From Phoronis australis (Eukaryota; Animalia; Phoronida), in assembly GCA_002633005.1 (NCBI GenBank), contig NMRA01000410.1:213977-277976 (forward strand): 64,000 nt of DNA, given 5' to 3'. The notes under the pieces were generated by a model, which saw only the letters and a program-made list of their open reading frames with translations, had not been told where the DNA came from and searched no databases. Shown here piece by piece: positions 27,069-39,659 of the stretch. A program made the translations under genes and the position numbers. Numbering within the stretch: the first letter of the stretch is position 1; each line of letters begins with the position of its first letter.

Positions 27069-28989
27069 GAACAAATATTGAAATATGAATAATTAAGTAC
27101 TCCAGATTGGATCAAAAATGTTATCCCTGTTTTTCAAAAATATATGGTGATTGGTCTACAGTTTCACATAAAAGTAAATAATTACTATTTTCAGAAACCA
27201 AGGGTGTATATAATGAGTATTGCATAAAACTGTGTCTTTATTTTTTATCCCTAGCCATAACAATTCTTTAAACGCATCACTTGTCTGTAAAATATACAAG
27301 TTTTTTGAGACAACTTCAAACCTTTGTTACCCATTTTCAAGCCTTTTTAATTTTGATACTTTCAGCAATTTTAAACTCAGATTACAGGTTCATGGGTCTG
27401 TCAAGCATACTTCTAGCCTAAGGTTGAGGGAACCGTTTTTCTTCTAATAGAAGATATGAAGACTTGGGTCATTTAAAAATGATGGATAATCTTTCTGTTG
27501 TTTAAGAGTAATTACAAATCGTAAGGCACCATCAAAAATGCAATTTTCACAAAAATGGCAGTCATTTGAATTTATAACGACTTGCAACATTTCAAGGCAT
27601 GAGTTAAGACTATTCAGTCACTGTGAATTCGGAAAATGTAATATATTTTCGTGGTTTTACAATTGATACAAGTAGCAAAACAGTTTCATGAAATCAACTT
27701 GAAGGGACTTCGTGAAGGTTAAGAATTACCTCACCATGCTCTTTTCCCCAAACATGTATTACCTGTTATTTCCACACATTCAGTTGTACCAAATATTACA
27801 ACCCCCATGCCAATCCCCCCTCGGGACCTGAATAAGTAATTTAACAAAATGACTTTAAAAATAGCTGTTCCTTTTCAAAGGCTTTGTTCGTTGTCTCAAA
27901 TATTGAAAGTAGGCTTTGACAACAGATCTGTACTGGATGGGAAGATCTTGTTGGTTAGCTGCAGTCAAATGCTAAAAACCAATTTTTGTCCATTCAGGGA
28001 CGGTGCAGAAGCGATGCATATCTCCTCTGCACGGTACAAGCCTTCAAACCTAAAAACCAAAGGTTACGTGAAAACTGACGTGATAGATTTCCATTTCAAC
28101 GTGTAATAGATTTCCAGAAGACATATGATAGGGAGTAAACAAATACTAGTCTAATGCAATGGATATTTATCACTCACGTACCCTTTGCCATTGGGATTGG
28201 ATTGTAATCTTAACTCATTAACCTGTATCGAGTTGACAGCATAGACATTCAGCATTGATTGATGTAACTGTCACTGATAAACTTTTAGAAATCATTCCAA
28301 ACAATAATGATGCTTTGATGTACGAAAAGATCCCGATTGCTACGTCAAGTATCGTATCACATATCACAACATACAAAGATTAACCAGACTCTGGCTGGCG
28401 ACTGACTGCCGCGAAGTTGACATCGGCGAGTGCCTCAGTTAACAGGCATCGGTAGAATAATCATGGAATAATCGTTAAAATAATCACAAACCTTACCTTT
28501 GTATGAGGTCGTGCTTACTTCCTCTCATAAAAGCACCCTTTTTACGCAGTCTCAGATTTAGTTGGCACGGCTGCAAGTCATTTCACCATGTATTTAAAGG
28601 GCTCGCGAAATCGAGGCTGTTAATCTATCACCACTAGTACACGCACGCCCTCTAGTTATTGTAGATTTTCCGAATAGCCCCATTCGATTGTCGATTGGTG
28701 GATCCACATGTATGCGTGTACACGTGTGTGCGTTTTCCGTTCTTTTAAATTCAGTAGAAGCCGACGGTAAATTAACGATATGCAGCCCTCCGTCGTTGCT
28801 CAGAATTTAACTACACTTGCTCTGAGAAAACACCGAAGAGCACGTTCACATTTTTGGGGGAAAGTAGGTCTAGACCCAATAAAAACTTTGTTCAGTGGAG
28901 ACAGTCTTCTCTTGTGACTCGTGTCAGTGATGCACAGCCTCACAGACTTCATACGAGCAACTAACTTCATGGAAAACATTTAGATGCCA

Positions 28990-29078
28990 CAATTCCGAAG
29001 GTTCGCTACTCCAAAGGTCCACTACACTGAAAGTTCGCCACCTTCGAAAGTTCACTATTTCGAATGTCTACAATTCCA
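28990..29078. repeat. Degenerate ~15-bp periodic array (attccgaaggttcgct-like)
   Basis: About 6 units seen directly. Confidence 0.6.
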
Positions 29079-29263
29079 AAACCAGAACTCCGGCAGTTAA
29101 TTTTTTTCTTAAATATAAGCACAACCCCAGGAGTCGCTTTCGCATTAGGCACAGGTTCTAATTCATATCCTTGCACATATTCACTAGTAAGTCCGAGCTC
29201 AAAGGATTTGCAGACACCTTTGTGCAATGCTCGACTGGCAGTCAGTGAAGCCAAACGTGCGTT

Positions 29264-29389
29264 CAGTAGGACCTACACTAGAGCCTAACTAAAACCTAGT
29301 CAAAGTCACGTGCTCTCATTTAAAATGCACAGCAATATCTCACGTAATCTCGCGAAGTCTTGCTTTTTAGCGAGGTCCTAGCGTTACTG
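29264..29389. mobile_element. MITE, same family as 4404-4513
   Basis: CAGTA...TTACTG termini and shared core. Confidence 0.6.
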
Positions 29390-29390
29390 A

Positions 29391-29463
29391 GCGGGAGGCA
29401 GGATTCGAACTAGGGTCTCTCTAAAACAGGAGTCCCGACCTCAAATCACTGAGCTACAGTTCT
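29391..29463 (-). mobile_element. tRNA-derived SINE head or tRNA pseudogene
   Basis: Minus strand has an A-box TAGCTCAGTG and a B-box GTTCGAATCC at tRNA spacing. The acceptor stem is not intact. Confidence 0.6.
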
Positions 29464-32409
29464 TTACTCCGATTGTCTGCTAATGAGTCGTAACAAACAT
29501 GAATACATTATTGTATTTGTGTTCATTTAGTAACCATTTAAAGGGTGTGCAAACGTTGTCTAGTTCTTAATACATGGATTTCATTGTATACAAATGAGCT
29601 CAGTTCCAATCACTGCCAATCGTGATTCTTGAATCAAACTGACAACGCATTCCATTAGAGGCAACGGTTTTAAATTTAAGAAGACTGAATGGGGCTCACT
29701 GACTATATGCAGACTTGCAGGTCAGGGTAGCCTTCTAACTACATTTAATTTCGACCCGCCGTGTGCGTGGTTCCGGTGGGTGAGATCCAGGCGTAGCGGC
29801 CCTAAACTTTTCAGTCACGCTGTGAAATGATGCGACCTTGACATAGAGTTGATGAATGTTGTGGTTGCTAATTCATCAATATTCCCACTCCATTTTTTTA
29901 AAAATGCAATAACGTTACACGCAAAAATATAACTAGATAAAAAATTTCGTCAAGTTAGTCTCCGACTAAATAATTCTGTCCGAGAAGGTGTAGTTACTCA
30001 TTTAAGCATGCCTGATTTGACAATTTGGCAGGAAGTAACGCGAGAACGTTTTGGACTTCATTACATCCGAATTGAATCCCGTTCTTTGAGAGTAACCGTC
30101 ACGGCATCCTCATCTCTGGTATTATTAATTCCGTCTCATCTCAAAAACATAGAACTGGGAGTCATCGTTGTGTACACAAATTCCCCTTCCCCCTGATGAC
30201 GCTGCGTCAACTGAGGGACTTAATGAAAACTCCACAGTGTCGACGTTTGCAAAATATCAAAAGTCCACCTTTCAAGAAATTCGAACCCCCCCCCCCTGCG
30301 CGATGCTGGCTACGGGCCTGCTGTATAATTTTTACCATGTTCTCTTCCATATCATGAGGGTGTCACTCCACACTCAAAAACAGACCATTTGTATTTTTCG
30401 ACCGATTCAAGGCTCCATTTTATGGTTCAGAAACTTTCAAAAAGGGTATAGTGTTGCAATAGAACTCAGTAGATGAGGAGGGTTTCACGTTTCCTGTTTT
30501 AGGGATGCACGGCGGCCTACGTGATTATTGATGAGTGTAAAACAACTTTTTAAATCTGGAGGGTAAAAAATACTATACAACTCTTTGAAGGTATTTCAAC
30601 CCACGATTACCTGAAGGATGAGAAGGAAAAAAGATTGCACAGCATTTGTCATCATAAGTTCAAACACTGTGTCACTCATGTACGTAACTTGGGCGCTATT
30701 GATTATATCCGCAATATCACTGACGTTGAGAGGCCTTTTGTGCTATATAGGCGCCATAAAGATAAAGCTTCCGTAAAAACACGATTTGAAGTTTAATTTT
30801 ATTTACAACTTGACCGTATTAATACAGTAGAACTTCGAGAACTATCGTTCTTTACTTATATTCTATGCAGGTACTGATCCGTTGCCTTAAAATTGAGAAA
30901 TCTTTAAAAAACATAATTTTGTCGAGTTATGACTCACATGAAAATCGCATTTTGAACACTTAAAAGTATAAAATGGCTAAAATATACACAAATATATATT
31001 TATGTTTTAGAACATTGACGGAAATCCATGCCTGTTTCTTCAAATATCCTGAAGACCGACATGGTTATTGTTATTGGGGTTTTGTGAAGAATTTTAAGGG
31101 TTTTTTTAATATAAAGAAAGCCCCGCTTCCCACACCTATGGAGGCCTTGCTTGGAATTATAGCTTCCTAGTTTGAACGTCAAAATATAATATACTAAATA
31201 TACAGCTTTGTGCCGATGTGGGTAAAAAACTGGCCAAATAAATTCCGACATAAATTTATTTTCATTAAAAACTGCACTACAGCCCATTTGTTCAAAAAAC
31301 TAGCTGGACACGTTAGTCTAGCTCAAAAAATATAATAAACCGCTAAAATGATACGGATGGGCGTTTTTTAAGCAGTGAGAAGCAGGTTTAATCTCCTAGG
31401 ACACAGCGGCAAATTTTAGGGTGCAAACCTACATTTTCCCTCCAATGTACACAATGACGACCAGCTGATCAGGTAATAATATTGGACTATCAAAGGTACA
31501 TTTCTCCATGCTTAGCCAGAAAAAAACAAAAACGAACTAGGTCTGTTTCTCTCATGAAATCAGACACAAAGTAATCTTTAATGGGAAAGGACTGTATTTC
31601 CATTACCAACTGAAGTGACGGGCAATGCTAGACTAGAGCGGAGATTAGATCTGGCTCATAATTGGTCGTAGAAATAACATCGAATAATTAAGCAACGAAT
31701 TATGGCCCTTCCCAACAAAGGCACAGATTGGTCCCTTCATCAAAAGTATCATTCTCTTTCATTTTAATTCCAATTCAATGTACACATTTATAATCTAACT
31801 CTTCACGTATAGGTTGTGCAGCACCAATACCTCACCTATCGGGTTGTTCAACTCACGTGACTGAATACAGTCAGTAATTTGACTGCATGTTTGGCTTACA
31901 CGAAGCCAGCTGTGCACTGCAGACTGCAACGAGGTAAATGAGTAAATGGAACATTTTATAATTACATTACTACTTTAAGGGTTGGCCAACTCTAATACAC
32001 TCGCTGAGAACGTAGGTGTTCTTGTTGGTTCTTATTTGTACGCCACTATAAAAGTGGGATTGTGGTGACGAAAGCATGTGGTTCATTATTATTTCACACG
32101 GCTGATTTTCCATATAGATAGCATTGCGATAGAATGTAGAGTTTACTTAAATCCTTCCGACCGCTCCGTGGAAGAGAAAATCTTAGTCAGTTGCTAAAAC
32201 GCAAGGTCACGCAAAACTTCGTGAGATGTCGTCATGTATTACAAGTGAAGAAAATGATCACAATAGCTTCCTTCGAGGGACTCCTGAGTCTACGGAGCTC
32301 AGCATTGGTTTGGTTTCTGTCTACAGGTATTGGCTTCTTTATTTGGAAAAGTCATGTGAGCTGACCTACGTGATAGGTGTCGTTGTTTTTGCATTTAAAA
32401 AGGCTATAG

Positions 32410-32860
32410 AAAATACAGGTGACGACATGGCGAAAATGTTAATGGAACTGATATACATTCTGGAGAAGGCGAGGATATCAGCGAAATTCACCAATTCCCA
32501 GTGGTGTGAGAAGCATATCATTTAATAGGTCTGGTGAGTAAACGGCGTCTGGAGAAGTGCACATAAAGTACCTACAATATTCTGGACGGCGTAGGAGAGT
32601 AGTAGATGAAAGCAAATATTGGAGGGTGACTGGTTTTTCCTGACATCGTGAAACGAATCTTGAGTCAGACATCGTGCTTTGTTGCAGCAAGCAGAACGGA
32701 CTTATAATAATGGAATTTACAGACCCATGGCAAGAGGCGATTGAGGCAGCGTTCGACAGGAAGACGACGAAGTATAGTGAGCTGGAACAAGCATTCTGAG
32801 CTAAAGGTTGCTTGGCGTGGACTTTCTCTGTCGCAGTTGGCGCAAGAGGGTTCCCTGGTC
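32410..32860 (+). pseudogene. Restriction-like endonuclease domain remnant of a HERO/R2-group non-LTR retrotransposon
   Basis: YR*RH, DIVL..LIIMEFTDPWQEAIEAAFDRKTTKYSEL..VAVGARGF (cf. PD..ELTVPW..ERK..KY..VEVGCRGF). Confidence 0.75.
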
Positions 32861-32863
32861 AAT

Positions 32864-34659
32864 GGGGCTATTCGGAGAATTCTCCTCGCGGTGTCGCTGC
32901 TGTACTAGTGATGATTGAATTGCGCATGCGTCGCTGTCTGCATGTAAACAGCTGGTAAAAAGGCAGATTGTTATCAAAATACGTCGTCGCGCAAAGCCTT
33001 ATTATTGCTATTTTCCCAGGTGCAAGTCTTCGACAGGTGGTCACAAATTACCAAAAGACCTAAGGTTACTACATTCGTGGAGCATTGCGGTCAAAAGGGT
33101 CAACCAACTGAGAAAAAGTGTGTGGATGCCGAAGCCCCTTTGGGGCTTTGTGAGACTACATATGGATAAGATTACTTGATAAGTTTTTAGCACTCAAGTT
33201 TCTATTGACATCCTTCCGTGATGTTATCCCCACCAATTACCCCACTGAATAACGGGTTTATTGAGTGGAACTAAGTGTTTCTTTTCGGAAACTCACCCAG
33301 GACTCGGATGCCGGGTAGGATAGCAGCACATACTCACATATTGTCCTCCAAGGGTGGGAATGCGCCCAATATAAGAGGTGTGTGGTACGTGACGCTCAGA
33401 AGCCAGGGGTGCCTTTTTCACAGCAGTTTCTCTTCAAAGCTATGCTATGTCCAATAAAATTCTCTAGACGAGTGAGTTTCCTTATTTCATAGCGGACCCC
33501 ACCCCCAGGACTACCAGATTAGTTACCGAATTAAAACGAATAAGTTATTCAGTAAACGTCATAATATTGCATTGGAATAAAAATTGACACCTAGAATGAA
33601 TTTTAATTGTTGAGGTCAGATGCTCATTTTAGGTGTTGTGAAAAATACACATTATTAAATCACTTTTAGCCTGTTTCACATAGTTTAATTCAGATCTTAA
33701 ATAAGACTTGGGTACAAAGATTTAGTTTCTACATATAAACATGAAGATGAAACGTCAAGTATGCTGCCTTACTAAAATAGTTTTGTATTGTGTTTTCTTT
33801 TATAATTTGGCAATATTTCTCTGACAATTCTGTTACAGGTGAGAGAAAACGACTGAAACCAGCCGCCTGATCATCTACTTCACCTTTGGACAAAGCGAAA
33901 AGTAATCCATCAGCAATAACCTGAGAGAATTGAACCTAATTGAGAAATTCAGCCTTTGATATGCCTGATAATGGACTCCACTGCGTGGGAAAATTACAAT
34001 TGTTTTTAACAATGTTGTTTCTTTATATACTTTTCTTGCATGTGGAATTTTATCACAAAACTTAAAATTGTTCAAAGGCCTTCTTAAGAAAGCTCTAAAA
34101 ATAATTAGACATACAAACAAATCAAATGCAAACAAAGGGAATACTTCATTTTGATTGCTGCACATTTCTAGAGGTCAACAGCAAAACTACAATTCGCAAG
34201 CGTAATCGCTAGTCATTTCAGCTTTATGAAGAATAAGCACAACTGCACTGTATGGGGCTTTAAAACTGAGGAAATATTGTGGTTTCAATAATTAGTGACA
34301 AACTGGCCTGTTGATGAAAAATTTATTTGATCATCAAAGTGTAACATTAACGGGCTTTCAACTGACAATAAGACAATCGATGCAGTCACTGAATGTCATT
34401 TCTCCCTAGTGTGTACCAAATTGAAAAGTATTTACCATTAGTATAAAGCCTTTATTCTGAAAGGAAATGTTAATGTCACTCAGTGAGAAAGGACAGGTAT
34501 TTATACCAAATGCTTTTGGTTTTCATTTCACAGAGATCTAGTTTCAATAGCCTATATAAGCGCTTGTAAAAAAGGTCCAGTTTCGGCACGTGGCTTTCCT
34601 CCAGGTAACCTCATTCAGCCTCAATTAGATCCTTGAAGGTGAACACAACAGCATATCAC
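32864..34659. mobile_element. ISL2EU element copy 2 (runs into the gap)
   Basis: AT|GGGGCTATTCGGAGAATTCTCCTCGCGG left end. Colinear with 25212-26685 apart from a different segment at ~33985-34364. Confidence 0.85.
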
Positions 34660-35616
34660 NNNNNNNNNNNNNNNNNNNNNNNNNNNNNNNNNNNNNNNNN
34701 NNNNNNNNNNNNNNNNNNNNNNNNNNNNNNNNNNNNNNNNNNNNNNNNNNNNNNNNNNNNNNNNNNNNNNNNNNNNNNNNNNNNNNNNNNNNNNNNNNNN
34801 NNNNNNNNNNNNNNNNNNNNNNNNNNNNNNNNNNNNNNNNNNNNNNNNNNNNNNNNNNNNNNNNNNNNNNNNNNNNNNNNNNNNNNNNNNNNNNNNNNNN
34901 NNNNNNNNNNNNNNNNNNNNNNNNNNNNNNNNNNNNNNNNNNNNNNNNNNNNNNNNNNNNNNNNNNNNNNNNNNNNNNNNNNNNNNNNNNNNNNNNNNNN
35001 NNNNNNNNNNNNNNNNNNNNNNNNNNNNNNNNNNNNNNNNNNNNNNNNNNNNNNNNNNNNNNNNNNNNNNNNNNNNNNNNNNNNNNNNNNNNNNNNNNNN
35101 NNNNNNNNNNNNNNNNNNNNNNNNNNNNNNNNNNNNNNNNNNNNNNNNNNNNNNNNNNNNNNNNNNNNNNNNNNNNNNNNNNNNNNNNNNNNNNNNNNNN
35201 NNNNNNNNNNNNNNNNNNNNNNNNNNNNNNNNNNNNNNNNNNNNNNNNNNNNNNNNNNNNNNNNNNNNNNNNNNNNNNNNNNNNNNNNNNNNNNNNNNNN
35301 NNNNNNNNNNNNNNNNNNNNNNNNNNNNNNNNNNNNNNNNNNNNNNNNNNNNNNNNNNNNNNNNNNNNNNNNNNNNNNNNNNNNNNNNNNNNNNNNNNNN
35401 NNNNNNNNNNNNNNNNNNNNNNNNNNNNNNNNNNNNNNNNNNNNNNNNNNNNNNNNNNNNNNNNNNNNNNNNNNNNNNNNNNNNNNNNNNNNNNNNNNNN
35501 NNNNNNNNNNNNNNNNNNNNNNNNNNNNNNNNNNNNNNNNNNNNNNNNNNNNNNNNNNNNNNNNNNNNNNNNNNNNNNNNNNNNNNNNNNNNNNNNNNNN
35601 NNNNNNNNNNNNNNNN
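34660..35616. other. Assembly gap
   Basis: Run of N. Confidence 1.
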
Positions 35617-36857
35617 CCCCCCCCAAACACACAAAAACTGGACACATTTAAATCTTGTTTCAGCCGTATAATTTTAATTGCTGGTGTTAATTAATAAACT
35701 CAACATTTCCCTACGCTTTTGCTGTTTTAATTTAATTTTTTTGAGGCCGCCAAGGGAGGGGGGGGCGGGACCCCTAGGCCCACCCCCCTAAATCCGCCTA
35801 TGAATATCGCAATTTAGTCTGTTTATCGCGTTCCAGGCCTCTTTAAAACCCAACCAGTGGCATGTGCAAAGGGGTGCATATAGAGAAATGGCTCAGATGA
35901 GAGAGATTGATTTATGGCTCAACATCACGGTTTTAACCATAGGGGTGGGAAAGATAACTAACTTCCTGCTTCCAACGAGATTGTGCTTTGGGAGACCTCG
36001 GCCACCACAAAGACGTTGAGGTCGTCAAGAGAATGGTAACATGAATTAAACTGTTTACCTCACATTCATACACTCATTGTCGAAAATACCCGGAAATCTC
36101 TCTGAAATACCACCCTAGGGTAAACAACCCCGAGGTTTACCGCTATAATTACTAAAAAAACATACAGTTTGCTACTATTGTACGAAATGTGGCAATCTGA
36201 AACGACGTGTTTGCAAGTGATGTACGTAGTTTTATCACAGGGCATGTGGATTATTTACTCCGGCTTCCAGTTCAAGTAAGTTCTTGCATCGTCAAAAATA
36301 CAATTTACACTTAAAAATGACTCGCTTACTTGCTTCAGGGATCTGGTCATGCATGTCCATGGGAATTAAGACGGATATTGTAAAGAATTCGCGGTATACA
36401 CTAACAAGCTTAAGTCACTCGAGTTGGGCTAGTGAAATTTTTCCCGCGCCTGTCAAAGCAAGAGAAACGTTGCGCGTTTTGTTGCTAAAACACCATCTAC
36501 TGGAATAACTTGTGAGATCTGTGTCACTTGCACAGAATTTCAGGGATTTTCTCAAATTACGTCGACTAACTAGTCTTCAGAGTCCTTACATTTGTTGATT
36601 ATAATTGGCGTAGCTAACTGGAAACTTCATATTTCAAAACCATAATAAAAACATACCCAACATTTCACTCTTACACAAGAGCATCCCCAGGTAATAGAAA
36701 ACAAAGTGCCAAAAAGGGACGAAGGAAGAGGGGCGGGAGGCATGTGCCTCCCAAACAATTTTCAGTGTCAGGGTTTTATCAGTGCAACCGTCAAAGACGT
36801 GGACCGGGTACAGTCGAGAAAAGAAAAACACATGGAGAAGAGAGAAAATTCAAGAGA

Positions 36858-36894
36858 ACACACACACGCGCACACACACACACAAACACGCGCG

Positions 36895-36955
<61 letters not shown>

Positions 36956-36956
36956 A
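36858..36956. repeat. (CA)n/(CG)n microsatellite upstream of gene B
   Basis: Seen directly. Confidence 0.95.
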
Positions 36957-37214
36957 GTATTAATTAAAATACTCTGTATTTAGTTCAGCGGCAATGTAGG
37001 CTGCGACTGCGCAGACTTTGGGTTGATTCCGCGCCGCGCCTCATTAAGAAAACAGGTCTTCGTTGTCGACAATGTCCTTTCATAGAATAACAAATCAAAA
37101 TACATAAGGACAATCTAAAATCCCAAGTAGCCTCCTGGACCACGAGGACTCACATAGACGAACTGATCACGCAGATAAGGGCAGTAAAGGTGAAATCGAC
37201 ATTATACGACCAAG

Positions 37215-37349
37215 ATGTGTTCGTTCAAGATCTCTCTGGGTTTGATTGTGATCGCGTGTTTGGTGATTTTCCCATCTGCCTCAAATGGGAATACCAACGA
37301 CACCACTACAAGCCATCAGCAGGCCCAGAACACCTCAGATTTGCCTAAG
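37215..37349 (+). CDS. Gene B exon 1: signal peptide plus short N-glycosylatable core
   Basis: gaccaagATG, then MCSFKISLGLIVIACLVIFPSASNGNTNDTTTSHQQAQNTSDLPK|gtaatt (phase 0). Paralog of 10134-10244. Confidence 0.78.
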
Positions 37350-38706
37350 GTAATTTTGTCAATCCATTTTTCTCCAAACTGAATTTTGTTAAACCGTTTT
37401 TTCTCCATATTGAATTTTGCTGGTACTTAGATTAGCCATACCACGTGGATGTTATTTCTCAATGATGCCATGTTATTTCGCTTTTTCTATAGTCACAAGG
37501 TAACGTTTATCCTTACTGAAAAATAAAAAAATAAAAATTGACATGCGTTTTGAAAGTCTTTCTAGGGTATTCCTCATGAACTTGACAGAAATTTTGTCCT
37601 CATTTTCATGAAACAAACCATTGATATTGCGGGTGATGTACGAGGAAGAAATTTATCGTAATCTATTTTGCCCGGGGTACGCCACGAGCTATGTTGCAGA
37701 GTAAAACAAGAGGACGATTGCGAATATTGTCATTTATTATGACGTAAATAGATAAAACTAACTAAGACTCTGCAAGATGGGCATGGACAAAACGCCCACC
37801 GGCGTGAATAGCCCTGAAAGAGGGAACAAAAGTACTGCCTGAAGGGCTTAAAGGAAAAGTACAGAACATGAACACAAAACTTGAAAAAACCTAACAGGAA
37901 ATTTATATGAGAAAAGAGAAAGTGAAACCGACACCCGGGATGGGGTGTGGGGAAACAATGCAGAAAACGAACGTAGGTATTGTAGAGGACGAGGTAGGTG
38001 GCTGAATGAGAGAGACCACGTTGAACTGAACAAAGGAAATGTGGGCGACCAATCAGGTGTCGCGTAGAGAAGTGTATGAATACAAAAGTAGGCCCTTGAG
38101 GCTATAAATAGAGATGAGTAATGCAAAATAAACCCTAAGGACTGGTATCAAATTAAAGAGCCAAATGTCAAAATAATGACGATAAATGCATTTAACAAGT
38201 TAAATTTAATCTATCGTAATCTATTTTGCCCGGGGTACGCCACGAGCTATGTTGCAGAGTAAAACAAGAGGACGATTGCGAATATTGTCATTTATTATGA
38301 CGTAAATAGATAAAACTAACTAAGACTCTGCAAGATGGGCTTGGACAAAACGCCATAATGGCAGCACGGGAATGCTGACATCGCCCATCCGAGGAAGCGG
38401 AACCCGGGCAATAACAATGTTAGACTATTAAAAATACAGGTAGGCCTACTAATAACGGTATAACAGGAAACTATTATACAAAAGTCTAGAATATAAAAAA
38501 CAAGAACAGAACGAACTGGAAGTAAAGGTAACTGGAACCAATGACTAGAAATTGAAGCCTGCAGCTACAGACCTGCGAACGGGAGGAGGCCGGCTGCAAC
38601 AACAGACCAGACTTAGAGGGCTGAAACCACAGACCCAGAGGAGTGGGAGGGGCTGAAAAGCAAAGTCAGAGAAATGGGGAGCTGCAACAACAGGCTCACC
38701 AGGAGT

Positions 38707-39659
38707 TCAAGAAGCCTGGGGAAGAGGAAAAGCAGACATGCGAATGTAGTTTTTTAGTGCGTCAGATTTCCAGCGCCCCATGCGCTGGATCACCGGTTCA
38801 GGGACGCCACGGCTGGCCGCAGAAGTGGCGGCCCCAATGCGAAAGCTATGTAACGTATAAGACTTGGTGTCGAGTCCTACAAAGGAAACCACTTTATTTA
38901 ACATGGATTTGAAGCAGGAACGTGTAACCGGTGATCCACTGAGGTGTTGGAACAAGGGGCCAGGAGAGGGCTGAAAAGTAGGCAAGTACAAGGTTAGGGC
39001 AGCTACTGGGCAATGGGGAAATTGGCTGGACGGAATTGTAAGTGAGACTGGTCCCGACCTGTGCTTGAAGGTACGCATAGTGATGACCACAGAATCGCCA
39101 GAGGGGCGGGGAAGACGACGTCGCTGACCTGTATGACGTGGGAGGAGAGCGAGGAGGTGACTGTGAATTCACCGACCCTGAGGAAGGCATGGAAGGCTAG
39201 GAGGAACATAGCAAGTGCGAGAACCAAGTCGGCAAAAGAGCCGAGTGCAGAAGGGCAGGCGTCAAACAAGCGGTGAAGCAAAGCGGAAGTAATGGGCATG
39301 CGTGTGTCAGAAGAAGGGTGCAGATTGGAAGCGCCTTTGAGGATTTCTTTGATGAAAAAGGAGGAAGTGGGGTCAGGGAGGTTGTCAAGCTTGTGGACAA
39401 AACTAATGGCAGAGACATAGGACAGGATAGACGAGCTACTAAGGCCAGATTCGAAGAAATGAGATATGTAGTGGGCCAGGAAAGAGGTATTAATGGGCAA
39501 GGTGATCGGAGAGTTGTTAGAGGATAGATGAAACTGTGCGAGGTTATGCAGGATGCGGGTGTAGGACTGAAGAGTGGAGGGGGTCGGGGAAGCCCGGAGC
39601 AGTCTGGTCACTCTGTCAGGAGGTGCGTCGGGATCGGTGTCGGATGAGGGCTGAGCCAA
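38707..39659 (-). pseudogene. Ngaro tyrosine recombinase (frameshift near 39090)
   Basis: YVSAISFVHKL, DTRMPIT, AFHAFLRVGEF, HCPVAAL, HSFRIGAAT, MGRWKSDALKNYIR. Confidence 0.92.

Larger units (their letters stand above)
25212..28681. mobile_element. ISL2EU (PIF/Harbinger-related) DNA transposon, internally deleted, copy 1
   Basis: AT|GGGGCTATTCGGAGAAT ... ATTTTCCGAATAGCCCC|AT gives TIRs with an AT TSD. A subterminal GTACTAGTGGTGAT is inverted at both ends. Convergent THAP and YqaJ remnants lie inside. Confidence 0.85.

Noticed and set aside
29391-29463. Functional tRNA gene
   Set aside because: A and B boxes are present but the acceptor and anticodon stems do not pair; recorded as a SINE or pseudogene.
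23949-35694. Long poly-X ORFs at 23949-24487 and 34621-35694
   Set aside because: Artefacts of translating N-gaps.
36706-36983. His/Thr-rich ORFs (THTHTH), also at 9419-9655
   Set aside because: Translations of (CA)n microsatellites.
37848-38126. Paralogous ORFs 37848-38126 and 43485-43682 (MHYSSLFIAS...)
   Set aside because: They are the Ngaro A repeats; there is no evidence of coding function.
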